Source of the DNA: Zygnema circumcarinatum SAG 698-1b
Taxonomy: Eukaryota > Plantae > Zygnematophyceae
Assembly: GCA_037447605.1 (NCBI GenBank)
Contig: CM074814.1
Location: 1,364,001 to 1,428,000 of the forward strand
Reading direction: 5' to 3'
DNA length: 64,000 bases
The notes below the pieces were generated by a model. The model had not been told where the DNA came from. It saw only the letters and a list, made by a program, of their open reading frames with translations, and did no database searches. Shown here piece after piece: positions 22,665-41,208 of the stretch (position 1 is the first letter of the stretch; every line of letters begins with the position of its first letter). Made by a program: the position numbers and the translations under genes.

Positions 22665-25600
22665 ATGGGCCGGCCCCCCGTGCCGGCGCGCGTCAGTCAG
22701 AGCTCGGGCCTGGACGCCATATCCGATGAGCTCTTTATTTACAATATCCTGCCGCGGATTATCAGTGGCCGCGACCTTGTGGCCCTGGCTGGCACAAGCA
22801 GGCGGCTGCGGAAATTGGCTTGCAAAGCGCCCGTGCTGTGCTTCAGGGAGACTCTTTTTCCTTCCCTCAGAGGGAGCCGGCGCTTCAGCAAGTTGCTAGC
22901 TGGTGTTGCGCGTCGAGCCGTGGATGTGCGACATCTAGAAGTGGTTTTTGGACGAAGTAAAATTTGTTCTGCCTGGTTGCAGGAACTGACCGGTGAGACC
23001 TTGAGGACTAACAGTACGCGAAATCGCGGGCTTGTTGCAGAATGAGTTTTTTCATGACTTTGTTGGAATTGCCTTCGACTGACTCAAAGACGAGAAGCTC
23101 AGTCAACGTTTCCCTTTCTGCTTCTGGAAAGGATGCTACTTTGTTTTTTGCTCAGGGAGGGCTGCCAGGGGTTACGAGGAATTTCTATTTAAGGATAGGT
23201 CTTAATCCTGGAGAATTTGTTAAGATTCAACATCGTTCTCCTTGCTCTTTGTGTCTTTTCAGATTCTATGAGGAAAAGCTTGCATACACTGGTGTTTGGT
23301 GGAAACCTGGAGCATCTACACTTCAGCAAGGCTGTTAATGACTCCCTCGGAAGCGTCTTCTCCTGCTCGAGTTTGCAGGCCCTCCAGGTAGATCATCCGC
23401 ACTATTTTGCATTTTAAGAAAGTACAAGATCAACAGTATCGTTCTTAAGCACTGAGTCAGGGCAACTTCTAATGTAAAGGCACGAGGTTGCATATGTAAC
23501 ATTGCATAACCAACTGAAGTTTGACTTGTTTGCCCGTACTCTGAAGTGACGAAAACGTGCTTGTGTTCCATTGGCATCCCGCAATAGATTATTTCAGTTC
23601 GCTTTTGTTCCTCAGATCAGTTTTTGCTGCTAATTTACGCTACTCTATTTTGCCTAACGCTGACTCTGGTTTTTTGCTTGGAGTTCATGGAATCAGCTGC
23701 AAAGTGTATGGCTGTCACACGCTCCTTTGCGATGCTCTCAGCTACCGAATTTGCAGCGGCTTCATTTGTTTCACGTCGAGCTTTGCGATGAGTCTTTAGA
23801 CGACATTGTCGCTTTGTGCCCCCAACTGCAGGTAAGCCTGAGTCCAATTGCCTTGCGATCCTATTCTCTCCCTTACAAAGTACATACGTTACTTAAGCTT
23901 TCCTTTCGAAAGTTATGAATAGTATTTATTGCCTTTGCCTGTCCCTGCATGTATCTGATGTGGTTAATTCCCTGGTGGGCCAGAGTTTGCGAATGGAGGG
24001 TTGCAAAGGCCTGGACTTCCCCCACATTTGTTCATCTTCTATTCTGGATCTTGTCTTTCATGGCCCTGAAAATGTTGCAGTCGACTGTATATATGTGTCC
24101 TGTCCTTCATTGCAACACCTTTCACTTCGGTGTGTTTCCCTTTCTTCCCCTCTTGATATTTCTTTTTGAGTACTTGTTCAGTGATTGCAATTCTTGCTGC
24201 AAGTGAGCATTGTCGAGCGAGATGGTCCAAGCTTTGAAGGTGAAATGTTAAGACCTTACTAGGTGAATTTATAACGATTGGATCGTTTTGTCACTGCATG
24301 ATGGTATCTATGGAAGGGTAGGGTTACTGTACCATGAAAAACAGTTAAATTAACTTAGCTTGCTGCTAAAAACTTTGCAGATCTATACAGGAGGTACAGC
24401 TAGACGATGCAAGCTCTTTGCATTCTGTGGAGCTCATGTCGTGTCCAAAGAATGGTATCGATGGAAGTCTTGTGGCTTTGAAGGAGCTTCGCTTAAGTGG
24501 CACTGCTTGGCGATGGTCGCTGGTGGAGCGATTAGTCAGGGAAATACGTGGCCTTCACATGCTTCAATTAAGTATTGAGTACGTGAACATTCTGGCTGCT
24601 GTAGAAGTAGCACAACAATTTTGCGACGAGGCTTGGAGTGAGGCAAGTACAAGTCTTGCTCGCTCAGTCAATGAAGAGCAGCACAACTTATGCTCTTGAC
24701 GTGGTTTTTCCTATGGGACACAGACTTGATTCAGAGAAGCTGTGTTCCTCCTTTTTGGGAGCTGTTCAAGAACTTGGGGAGCTATGCCTCAGCCTAAGGC
24801 ATCTTCATCTAACGACTTCATCATTCTGTGCATTCCAGGTTAGTCTTAGTTAGGCTGCCGGTGATGCATTTGTATCTCCAGATTTGTATTTTGTTCTTGC
24901 AGGATTTCTCCTTTTGAATGACCTTCTAAAGATGCACCGTCACTGGTGGCGAGCATCTTAGAAGTGTGCCATTTGTAGTAGTTGGTCTACTTCCTTAGCA
25001 ACATTTTTTTCTTGTTTGAGTAGATCCCAGCCCATACCTTTACGTCAGCTAGTGGTAGTGATCTCATCGCGAACGCCAATGTTAACGTTTTTTGGAAATA
25101 ACCTTCTATGCAGCTCACTGGTAACATGATCATTTGCTGTGTGCTGGATGGACGTGATTTTGCAGGCCATGTCAGAGAGAGTGGAAGTTCAGGAGGGTAT
25201 AATTACGAAGATTCTTGCACTGAGGGAGCTGACAATAGATATCACATCCTGGCAGACTGGCGATAAGGAGGTGCTTGAGGGCCTGCTCCATGTCTGTCCT
25301 CACTTAGATTCTTTCCAGGTTGGTTGGCACATACGGTCTTTTTGTACTTCTTGATTTGAGGCTTGCAATCGTAAGTAGCCTGTTCGACTGTTTTGTTGAA
25401 CTGAGTTTGAGAGTTTGTAATCTTTGACTTACCCTTTGCATATGTTGCTTTGGACAACTGTTTCTTTTGGTTGGGGTTTGAAACAGGTAATTGTTGGAGA
25501 GAGACTGTCAGGCATTACTCTCGAAGTGCTCTCAAAGTTAGTCGAAGAACTTTGTGCAGGGCGAAGCATTTGCCATATTGTACGGAGGTATGGTGTCTGA

Positions 25601-26050
25601 TGCAAGGCTCTATGTCACAAGGAGATTAAAACCTTAGCCAAACACCTTAGAAAATTAGCTGTGATTCATGAATTCGCGGAGTCTGATGCTCAGGAACAGG
25701 GCATTCTTCTCGGGCTTCTGCACATGTACAGTGTAGGCCAGCTCACATGAAGCTCTTAGTCATTAAGGCAGTGCGGTTCTTCTTTCAGATTGACTGCAAG
25801 GGTCAATCTGACATACCTTGTTACAAGAATTCCTTCTCTGCAGACTACTCTGTTGCTAGGTGTCATGCTGCTAATCGGTAGAGTGTCTGTAGGGATCAGA
25901 ATCCATCCAATTGCACGCAAAGATAGAAATTGGCAGAACAATGCTGTTTATTCGCTCGCATTACAATGTCAGATTTGGTACTTGAGGGACAGCAAAATAG
26001 GAGGCTTTCATGACTCCAGGCATTTTCAGATACAGGTGAAAGTAAAGTGA
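22665..26050 (+). CDS. F-box/LRR-type protein
   Basis: Exon 1 has an F-box-like segment (LDAISDELFIYNILPRII..DLVALAGTSRRLRKL). Later exons carry RNI-type LRR signatures: SLHTLVF, LPNLQRLHL..CPQLQ, SLRMEGC..CPSLQHLSL, LKELRLSG, CLSLRHLHL, LRELTI..CPHLDSF. The 3' end is uncertain: stop at 25600, or splicing AG|GTATGG to an in-frame exon 25789-26050. Confidence 0.75.
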
Positions 26051-27027
26051 TAGGAGTACAGGTAGTCCACTGGAGGTCTGTCATCATCAGTTCTATGTAG
26101 AGGGCTGGTAGGTAGAAAGGTGAAGGGCTTGCCATGCTCGATAATAAGCATTCGATTCCAGGATCTGAATGTAGGTTTGGAATACGGCCATAAAGGCAGG
26201 TGATCGCGTTCAAAAGTGCGCTTGCTTTACATGTTTTGAACTACAAAATCGATACGTGACATGACATAATGAGATTACTGAAATGGGAGCTCCATGGATC
26301 AAGTATCTGCTGTAAGGTTGAACGTTCCATTCACAGTGTCAGCGGAGGGAGCGCATGTAAAAAAAAAGTCAATGGGTACATGGAGACTCAAGTATGGCGA
26401 GTGTTTCACGAGTGTCAGTAGTGTCAAACGTAGGTCCAGATCTACGAGATATGTGCACCTGTTGCAGTTACTATACCTTTACGAAGTCAAACGCTGTACC
26501 ATATACACAAGACATGTTTCATCAAATTTAATTAAAGTCAAACTAGTTCCACACGTTAGAAATCTGCACTTGTTACACTTATTTCATATTGCATTCTCGG
26601 TGCACTGAAATACTGCGCTTTCTATTGGAGTGGACGCCACATCCATATCGTCGAATTCAAAACTGTACAGCGAGCCTGCTACCTAATCCTATCAAAAGTA
26701 GGCTTTCAGTCCTAACGAAAACAGCCAAAGCTGCTATTGACTGACGACCACTTTTTGGCCTTAAGAGGCCTAGAGTAAAGAGCGCTCCTAGAGGCACAGA
26801 ACGTGGTGGAATGATGAAAAGAGAGAAGCCCTTTATTACCGCTCTGACTTCCTATAACACTAGGGAGGCGCGGATTTGGAAAGGAAAATGCCCTGCTCAA
26901 GGAAAGTAGGTTGCCACCTCCTGCACTGCAGTATCTTTGCTGATCCCCAATCCCCATATGCTCATGCTTTTGTCATGTCATGTCATGTCTCACTTTTCTT
27001 CGGGTCACATGGTATTCGACATCATCG

Positions 27028-31253
<4,226 letters not shown>

Positions 31254-32399
31254 CTGACAGAAAAAATGCATAAATAAGCATAACTCGTTCAGTGAATGAC
31301 GAGAATGACTATGTATTTTATACATGGCCAAACCGTCAGATCTTCGCAAAAATTCACTAGATAGCTATGTTGACAATGCCCAGTAACGAGTTGTCAAGGA
31401 TGCTCTGAGAAAAACAGAAAGAATTGTTCAATCTTCGCTGCTTGCTATTTCATAAATGATCGACCGTCTACTTCAACCTTGGAAATTAAAAAAAAACACG
31501 TCTCGTTCTCAGAAAGCTCCATATGACCATGTACTGCAACTGCCCTAAAAGAATTCTAGCACTAAACCACCGCATTACAGACAGACAGACGACTGCAAAA
31601 CAGCAATTGTTCAGGAAATGGCATCCGCAACAAACCATAGTCCATGGTTTCAGCGAGAGCTCGTGCTGCTTCTCTTATGGGGCTTTCTGATACCGTCCCT
31701 CTCTTCAAATTGATCACTGATGCTCCCAGGCCAGAGCAACAAGGAAAAAGAGGGGAGAAAAAGGAACTATATCTAAAAAAACAACAAAAATTTAGTGCTT
31801 ATCCTAACAATCCCTGATAATCATCTTCCATCGGCTGTCGGATGTTTTTTCTTTTCTCCAAACGCAAATGTAACAGCTAACCACACCTGTTCTTCCCTCT
31901 AACCCTAATTCCAGCGCCTGCAGCAGGCGAGCCAACTGTCGCAGGCATTCCGCTCCTGCGATGGCGTCGTCCACATTCGCCGTCCGATGCTTTCAATCGA
32001 CGGCCAAAAACGAACCTGCGACGATCGGAGCAGTCGCCAGCGTCTGTGCGACACCGGCGCCTGCACCTCCAGAGTTTGAACTGTCATCATCAGGCCGACC
32101 AGGAGACATGCTGGACTGCTTGCAAATGCTAATAATGTGCTAATCTGCTCTGCTTTTTCAGCTGAGGATGAGGCTCAAAACATGCGGAAAGGATGGGTTC
32201 CACGCACATGCAGTGTTTTCTGCAGTAAAATCTCGAGCATACATTGCCGTTTTTAGCCAAGCCATTGCTGAAAGGATGGCGGTTCAGCGGTCGAAACCTT
32301 GGAGATAGCTGCGGAATGTGTGCAGAATACCAGAGGGTTTCTTGTTTTTTTTTTTTTTGAATATTTTCCCGCCATTCTGCTGTTGTTTTGATTGGAGCA

Positions 32400-34153
32400 A
32401 TGTTGACTATCCGCCTCGCCAAAGCTTCTGATCCACTCTCTAATGACAGCCCAAAGCGGCCAAAACAGCTGTTGACTTCCTCCAAGCCACATTCTGCAGA
32501 CGGAGCCGAGCCTGCTTCCAAGACTCCGCAACTAAAAGGGCCTGTTGCTAACAGAGAAGGCAACAACGCTGTAGAGCCGCAGAAGCTGTCACAAAGTAGT
32601 GCAGCAAAATTCGAAGTGTCTGGAGTAGATATCGCTGGATATAAAGTGATTCGAAGAACTGGAGAGAAAGCCCACTTTTGTATAAATTGCAATTTTCCGA
32701 TTGCGATTTACGGAAAGCTGGTAAGTGCCTGGCAAATGTGTACACGGAAGGAATGCAAGCATGTTAAGAGCAAGTTGTGCTTTCAATGGAATTCCACACA
32801 AGTTATGAAAATTAATTGCTGGGGTAAAAGTGATGTCGTGCATTTATTTAACGTTGTCTAATCTAAGACTGCGATTGGAACAAGTCTCAATGACGCTAAC
32901 TTTTTTATTAACTTACTTCAAGGGTGCCTTTCACGGGCTGCAGGAGCCATGTCTGCATGCTTTCTGCCTCACATGTGCTAAAGCGGAGAAAAAGTGCTTT
33001 CTGTGAGTGTTCCATCTATATTCTTACCATGTAGCTGCTCTCCTGATTGGTCGGCTTACATTTTAATTTAACGAATGCTGCCTTGTTGCCACTTTTGGAA
33101 GCGAACATCCCGACGCTTGTGTCAAACTTCCTGTTTGCTTGTAAGCCTTTTGGATTCTGCTTCAAAGAGTTTGTCGCTGCATTGCTGTTATTCAAGCAAT
33201 ATCACACAATCTAGAAAGCAAGCATGCGCGAAATTACAGGGGCTAATGCCCTCATAGGGCAGCTAGTCGGGCAAGTAGGCGCTCACGACCAGATAGAGCT
33301 TGTTTTGGTGCTTCTTCTGCTGCTAATGGCTTCATGTTTCTTTGCCTCTTGATGTTTCAGTTGTGGTGCAGAAGTGTCTCGAATATCAACTGTGGGCAGG
33401 GATGATGGCCTCTGTATTTGCGGAGCTCCGGGCTGTCTTCAGTGTTTCACAGATAGGCTAGGACTCGTCAAGCATGTTAGAAGCGCACATCAAGACCTTG
33501 CTCAAGGCACTCTACACAAGCTCAAGGCTGAAGCCGCGCAACTAACGAAAGGGATGACTCTGACTCCAGGCCCAAAACGTCCACGCACCGCAGAGCCTTC
33601 TGCAAAATCAAGAGAAGAGCCTGCTCTCTCTGTTGCAAACTCGGCAGTGGTTGCGCCTTCTCCTCTACCTGAACCGCCGGGTGGGGCAATGCCTATTCTA
33701 GGTTCTTCTCAGCCAGGTGGTGCTCATCCACATCATGTTCCAGTCCAAGTCCACGACCATTCTGGGGAGCGAGGTCAACAGTCTAAACTTCCCCAACAGC
33801 AGGCTGGTCCATTCCTTGACCCGCGTGCTCATCCTATGCAAGGACCTCCCGACTACCATCAAGGACATATGGGGCATGCAGGAATGCCTGGTCCAGGCAT
33901 GGGGCCGATGGATATGATGGGCCCCATGGAAGGCCCAGGTCCTGTGCGACCAGGCCTCCCATGGGTAGGTGGTATGAATCATCCTTACCTTGATCACCGC
34001 CCCCCTTTCCATGCTGGTCCGTTTGGTCAGCATGGACCCCGTGGCAGTTTTCGACCTGGGGTCCCAGACGAGTCACTGTATGGTTGGGGAATGGGAAATC
34101 CAGGATTTGGCCCAGGCCCCGGATTTGGTGGTGGTTGGAGACCCCCGTTATGA
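32400..34153 (+). CDS. HAKAI: HAKAI (CBLL1)-like RING/C2H2 E3 ligase, m6A writer-complex subunit
   Basis: Exons 32400-about 32720, about 32945-33001, 33361-34153. They read MLTIRL..RRTGEKAHFCINCNFPIAIYGKL|EPCLHAFCLTCAK..CFL|CGAEVSRI..ICGAPGCLQCF..KHVRSAH, closely matching plant HAKAI. Pro/Gly/Met-rich tail. Confidence 0.9.
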
Positions 34154-35572
34154 TAATCAAGCCATGTTGCTTTCCTCCTCATCCATGTTCTCCTAGTGTT
34201 TGTAATTGTGCTTTGCTGAATGCTCGCAGCTTTTTGCATGAAACACATCGGTGTTGCATGGGCGTTTTTCATCTCCTGTCCTTGTTCATTCCAATTAATG
34301 CTTTGCATTCTACTTGTACTAGTGTCTTCATTCTGCTCCAAAATTGGTACCAAAGTCAAGCTAGTTAATTTTCAATGATCGTTGCTGCTCGGACATGTCC
34401 TGGTTCTTTATTACTCAGCCAAGATAGTGATAGTGCAGGCTCTAGTATTCTTCCTCATAGCCCATGAGTTCCAAAACATCCCATGAAGTTCTCTCGTCAA
34501 AACCTAACTGCACCTGCTGGAGTACAGGCTTAGGCTGGGGTCAATAAGGGCCTGAAATGGTGATTAGGGCACCTGACCATCCGTAAACAAGAGCCAAACC
34601 ATGCCATGGCATTCTTGAGGCGTTCGTTTTTCTTGAAGACATCTGTGTCTAGTTGCCAGTGATCTTCACCTCCGATGTATGACAATCAACCCGACTCTGT
34701 GACCTGCAATGAAATCTTAGTAACCAGAGTGTGGCTACCGACCGTTAGGGCTCTGACTATTGGAATTGGCAGCTAAAGTTAGTACCAGGGATCTACCATG
34801 AGCGACATGGTGTGGCAATAGGCCTGGACCGCAATCTTTCTCATGTCATTCTCCTCTGGGTAGACCTAAGATCTGCATGTACAGCCGACACGTTGACTCC
34901 GGAAGGTGCCAGACCAGCACCTACTAAAGGCCTGTGTGACGAATCAATCAGACATCTGCACACTCATCTATGCTAGTAGCAGTACGAGTCGTAGTTTCTT
35001 GCTTGCATGCCGAATTTGGAGGGTTCTGCGGTTGGTGGTGCGGGATTGACCCTCACAAGAGTACTCTTGGTCCGCTGCATATGCGAACTCGCCTTATGAG
35101 TGTCCATCTTGAGGACTCCTCATGGCAGTACCAACCCATGCCCTCCCAACGGCTGCTCTAACAAGAGCCTGCCTTCGGCAGGATGTTTGCCACACGGACT
35201 CATGCGACCCCGCCGGCGCGACTTCATCCTTGCAATTCTGTTGACCGTACGACTCCCGCGACAACGACCGGCGATTGGGCTCAAATCTGAACAGTGTGAA
35301 CACTAAAAGATAGGCCATCCGTACAACGTGTCCACGTCATCTAGAGCCTCCCTGATTGGCTGCCAACCATCCACGTCGGTCATCTTGTCCGCTTGCACCG
35401 GTTTCGCGCGTTCTGAGGCCGCCACTTGGCAGCGTCGCCAGCGGCGAGTGCTCGCGGCGCGCCAGGTGGCACGCGGAGACGCGGTCCCCGGTGGGGCCCA
35501 CCGGCGCCATGACGCGCTCGTCGGTCCGGTCGTGGCGGCCCGCCATTGGCTCCGCGCCCGCATCCGACTCCC

Positions 35573-35580
35573 CTATATAA
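35573..35580 (+). promoter_or_regulatory. TATA box of the sucrose transporter gene
   Basis: CTATATAA after a GC-rich region with CCAAT-like (GATTGG) and ACGT-core motifs, followed by a purine-rich 5'UTR-like tract to the ATG at 35883. Confidence 0.5.
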
Positions 35581-35882
35581 TGGCGCTTGCAAGCCCCGGG
35601 ACAATCCTAGGGTTGAGCAGGAGGGAGGTGGCTGGAAGGGGCAGCCATGGCGGGGAAGGGCTTGGAGGTTTCGGGAGGGCAGATGGTTGTGAGGGTGGTG
35701 GGCAGAGTGTCCCGTGCTTAGAGGAGGAGGGAGGAGAGGAGGTGCGGCAAAGAGGGGAGAGTGTGAGCAAAGGGGGGTTGACTGTAAGGAGGAGAGCTTG
35801 GGAGGTTGCAGGACTGTGGAAGCAGGTTGGAGTGCAGAGTTCAAGGATTGTTTGCCAGACAAAAGGGAAGTGAGAGGCGAAT

Positions 35883-38800
35883 ATGGATAGGAGTGTTTCC
35901 GTGAGGGGGAAGAAGAAGGATAGAGTACCCCTGAGGAAGCTCGCGCAGATTGCCTCAGTGGCTACTGGAGTGCAGTTCGGATGGGCATTGCAGCTGTCGC
36001 TACTCACTCCCTATGTGCAGGAACTTGGGATTCCGCATGCATGGGCATCTTTGATATGGCTTTGCGGCCCAATATCCGGCATGTTAGTTCAGGTATGATC
36101 GTGAAAACTTCGTAATATGTGCACATTTTCTACTTATCGAGAGCCCGTCCTTCTGGTAATTTTTGTTTCCTTGGATGGAGTCTTGCATGCAAATCTTCCC
36201 TTTCTTTGGCGTTAATCATTTATTCACTTATGCGATACGACTTAAGTTTACATCCTGAGCATAACCCACACAATGCTATGGCTCAATCTGCCCTTGTTTC
36301 TGGACACTAAGCGATACCGCAACAGTGCGCAAACGTGATGTTTGCTCTCATTTGAACATCAGCCTGCATAGTACGTATTATCATCGATATGTACATATCA
36401 TATACATACCTTGGGCATTGATGAGCGTCCTGAACTCATCAACGTCTTAAATGCATTGCCGCATGGAGTGTCTGCTAGTTGCCCTTTGGGAGAGGGGGGG
36501 GGAAGCTTTCCTGAGCGCTCTCTTAAAAATCAAGTCGTTTGCGATTGACAAGTCATGAGGAGTTTACCTATTGTATTGTGTTTACTGCAGCCCATTGTGG
36601 GACACTACAGCGACAATTGCACAAGCCAGTATGGACGCCGGAGGCCGTTCATTGTCGTTGGGGCCATTCTTGTTTCCCTAGGCGTCGTGGTTATTGGGTT
36701 TTCTGCAGATATTGGCAGTCTTCTCGGTGACAGAAAAGAGTTCAAGCCTTGGGCCATAGGCATATTCATCCTCGGTTTCTGGTAAGTCAAAGTACCGAAG
36801 TTCTGGACTCTTCGTTTCCAGCCAAAAAAAATGCAAATTGATAATTCTTTAATGCTCATTCTGCTGCGCCTGATAATTCTGACTCTTCCGTGTCTTAATA
36901 TTGATGGGGCCACTTCAATTTTACACCACTTCATATAAAATTCCGGCATTTAGCCTCCATTGTTGTTGCTGTGTAAATGATAAATTCATCGTTTCAGGAT
37001 TAGAGTGTTACGGCCGTTTTGGTTGCTGTTCCGAAAAACGTCTGTATTTTTCTTGTTTCGCGTGCTGTTCTCCACTAAGAAAGCATGCACTGGCCTTTGT
37101 GTTTAGAGATTACCTCACTCCTTTTCTGCTTACGCAATTTGCAGGATTTTGGATTTGGCAAACAACACCCTTCAGGGCCCTTGTCGTGCCCTCCTTGCAG
37201 ACTTCACGGGTGTGTTTCACTTCACTTTTATATCCGAGACAGTAACCTTGTATTGAAATTATTCTATGCCGATTTAGGAACTCCTTTCGTCGACTTCTTT
37301 TGCTCAAGGGCGGCCTGCAGGTCTAATGGGCCGTCATTTCTTGCAGGCATTCAGCATGTCTAGATAGCCAGTGAACTTCGGTTCTGGCTCTTGCATCTGA
37401 AGCCCAGCAGAGCTTTAGTGAGCAAACATTTTTTCCGTCTATTTAGATGGAAACAATTGACTCTCTAGCACCCACCCTTTCATTGACATTTGTTGGATGA
37501 GCTTTTGATTGATCTGTGTAACCTCATGTTGGGAGCATAAGGCTGTACAATAGCCAAAAACCTACGAAAGAAGTGCCGATCGTGTTTTGTGCTTCCTCCA
37601 AAATCATTTGCTGTCCATGGGGGAAAATAAAAATCAATCGCTTCTTTCGGTGCGAAAAAGTTTCCTTTCAGGTTCCGACAATCATTACAGAAGTTGTGCA
37701 TGTATACTTACTTGCTGTTGGCATGTCTTTTATTGCTCCTGCTGCAGGTAGAGATGCCAAGCGTACCCGCAGGGCCAATGCATTCTTTTCATTTTTTATG
37801 GCCGTTGGAAACATTCTCGGATTTGCAACTGGTTCTTTTGACGGCTGGTATAAAATTTTTCCGTTCACTCTAACAAGCGGATGTGATGAAGCTTGTGCAA
37901 ACCTGAAAACGGCGTTTTTGATCGCGGTCATTCTCTTGCTTGCCACAACTTTTCTAAGTGTCACTGCGGCTAAGGAGAAGCCGTGGGTTCCTGACTCGCA
38001 GCTACCAACCAGGTGACCCCTCCTTACTGTTTGGGTATCTTCACTTTTGTTTCGCTTGGCGCTCTTCGTGTGGGCTCACGCGCCTGCAAGGTCGAACTGT
38101 AATGCTAGTCAGTGCTAGTCGGATTTCTTTGGTTCGGGAGCAGCTAGTGCCGCGGCACTTCAAGGGAGAAGGTAGTTGTGGTACATCTTTTTGTCTAGTT
38201 CCAACCGACATTCCTGATATTCTGTGCTTCTGGGCTGCTTTGGGCTCTCAGTACTACGCCACTTTTAAGTGATCACAAGTCAAGAACAGAAAATGGGTCG
38301 GATTATGGTGCGATACCAACGACTGTCACAGAAGGTGCGGACGTGCAATCCGATAGTACTGCGACAACAGCCACGGATGCTCTCGTGACTGTGGGGGGTA
38401 CTGCTGATGGTTCTCAAACTGTTGAAAATGACGAAGACGATGAAGATGAAGAGGAGGAGGAGATGGAAGAAGAGGAAACCAAATGGGTGCTGTCAGAGCT
38501 CCTTTCAGCTTTGAAGGACCTTCCAGCTCCAATGTGGTATGTCCTTCTTGTAACAGGCCTTACGTGGCTTTCTTGGTTCCCTTTCCTTCTGTTCGATACG
38601 GATTGGATGGGTCGTGAATTGTACAGAGGCTCTGCAGACGGAACACAGCCGGAAGTAAAAAGGTACTACAGTGGGGTCCATACGGGAGCATTAGGCCTCA
38701 TGTTCAACTCCGTGATTTTGGGCCTTTCCTCCTTGGTCGTGGAGCCTCTTTGTCGAAGACTGGGCTCTCGTACTGTATGGGCGGTCTCCAATTTCATCAT

Positions 38801-40339
38801 CTCCGGCTGTCTCCTGGGAACTTACTTCGTGGGGAACTGGAAGGGCCCGCTTGTTGATGGGGGTCCACCTCTGCCTACCTATTGGTCGGCCATTGGTATT
38901 TTTGCCATTCTCGGCTTTCCTCTTGCGGTGAGTTCTTGTTTCTCTAGACCGTTCAACAACAGGTAATGACAAATATCTTGCTAGCGCGGTTTTTGGGAGT
39001 TTTTTGAAATGGTTTGAAGATGGACTTTTCCACTTCAATGTTCATAAGCCTTCACAACTTGAAAGAAAACGAGGCATTTTAGTGAGCTTGGTATGCTTTT
39101 GGCTCTTACTACTTATTTCGCATGATTGTATGCTGGTTTCGAAACATATTTCTTTGCGAAGCCTAAGTTAAATTAGTAGTTCCGCACCTCTTGAAGCTAA
39201 CATAGACCTGCGACTTCTAGAATGCAGAAGCTTACTGCTCGCTTTTTCTGCTTTGAGGGAATGACAGGTGACTTACAGTGTGCCCTATTCACTCACTGCG
39301 ACCTTCACGAGCTCCCAAGGTGGTGGTCAAGGTGAGAATCATAGTCATGTTTGCTGAACTCAGTGTAGCCTTCAGTTTGTTTCAATTTCTGCGACCAGGG
39401 CAGGTATGTAAGGAGGATTAAAAGAGTGGGTTCTAGACTTAGTCAACTTCCGCAACTTAGTCAACCAGTAACTGTATATCTTACCTTGGAACACCTTAGT
39501 GCGGATGCTTTTTTACATAGTCTACGCAAGTTTTTGTCTTTATTCTCGTTGACGAGCAGAAATGCTCTTGCAAGAGGGCGTGATTTTGCATGCTGAATGC
39601 CACGTAAGCTAATCAGGGAATGTCCATAATCCGAAGGCACATCGGAAGATCAGGAGAAACTTTGTTTTGTTAATCCACTGTCTCCAGCGCAGACTATTTG
39701 GTGGAAATTTGGATTGCTCCATTTAGGGGTGCAGTTTATTTCTGTGCTTTTTTTTATATGGCCTTGAACACGGGGCTTTGCTTCTTGTCGGTATGAGCCT
39801 TGCAGAGAACGAGAGATCACAGTCTGGTCCTCATGGAAAACTCATTTTCTGAATCTTACCTTCTCCTTATTGACTGTTTGTGTGTCGTGCCTGCTTGCAG
39901 GACTCTCAATGGGAGTGCTCAATCTGGCTGTAGTTATTCCTCAGGTGCGTACCTGTTCTTGCCATGCTGAGGGCCCTTTACTGTGTTTTCTTTGTTGCTA
40001 GATAGCTCCATATTATGCGTTTTTCTAAATCCTTCAACATAATACTCGGCAATTGATAATGTTTTGACCATTCTAATCAGATTGACCCCCTCCCTGTCAG
40101 AAGCCCCTCCTCAGCCCTGCATGTCACTTTCCCCCAATGTCCCTCTGCAGGTGATCGTGTCTGTTGGCAGCGGCCCATGGGACGCCCTCTTTGGTGGAGG
40201 CAACGAGCCCGCCTTCTTAGCAGCCGCCGTATTTGCTGCCATTGGAGGAGCCGCAGCCCTTCTTGTGCTTCCCAAACCGCCTCCCAACGTACCCCCCATG
40301 GTCAAACTAAGGCGCACAATGAGCTCTCCCATCCCGTAA
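35883..40339 (+). CDS. SUT4: Sucrose/H+ symporter, SUT4 (type III)-like
   Basis: Exons 35883-36092, 36591-36781, about 37145-37209, about 37748-38012, about 38280-38927, about 39269-39331, 39901-39944, 40151-40339. Motifs [132 protein letters not shown]. Confidence 0.93.
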
Positions 40340-41208
40340 AGGGTCCCAAGCGAGGCAGCCCCTCGGCAGCAATCTAAGTGCTGATGGGGTGGCATTTATG
40401 TACTATGGAGTTTGAAGTATTTCTTTGGAGCCTGCAGCCTGCTGTGGCTCTAATAGACAATCCTAAGGTTGGAGGAGCAGTTGTATATGTGGAGTTTGTG
40501 ACTATTTTCCACACTATTAGACCCGTTGTTTACAAAAGAGTACTAAGTATTGAGAGTTGTATGACAGTGTCAACTGTAAGGCCTCAGGGTTGCAATGCAT
40601 ATGTGCTCCAGACTTGAGTGATACTAGGACTGACGTGGGTGTATATGCCTAGGGAGGTGGCTGGCTGCAAGGAACTGGAAAAATGTCGCATTTCAGGTTG
40701 GCGTAATGGCGAAGCTTTATGATCGCATGGAGTCTGTGGTCGGTCAAGTATGGGGCAGCAGCAGCAGTAGTAGTAGCGGTAGCAGCAGCAGTAGTTATTT
40801 CAGCGCCGAGTAATGCTTCCCTCGCATTTGTGCGCTTCTTTTTTTCGTTTCTCGAGCATAAAAAAGTGCAGTTTTCTGCTTCCTTTTTTGAGAGCTAATC
40901 GTGATGTTAGCAAAGTGTTATTGATGGGGTCAATTAAAGAGGCGCCTAAACTTGACAAGTTGTCACTTTGGCTGCATTGGGGCATTACAAAATTTGAAAA
41001 GGCGAATCTCCTCCAAGCGCGCGATTTCAACTTCGCTCACATCGCCCCGACGCTATGGAGGCTGTGCAGGACCGTCTGCAGGTTACGATGGCCGAGTAAG
41101 TGCGTTGGAAGGGAGGGGAAGGGAAGGGAGGACGCACGTGCTAATCGTCAGCCGCGTCTACTGCTTCCTCCGTTTGTTATGCAAATAGCCCACTGAAAAG
41201 CACGCAAT

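Noticed and set aside
34500-35330. Possible TE or LTR relic between HAKAI and SUT
   Set aside because: No terminal repeats, TSD or coding similarity detectable by eye.
35580-35873. 97-codon uORF upstream of SUT
   Set aside because: Its ATG overlaps the TATA box (TATATAATG), so it likely lies upstream of the TSS.
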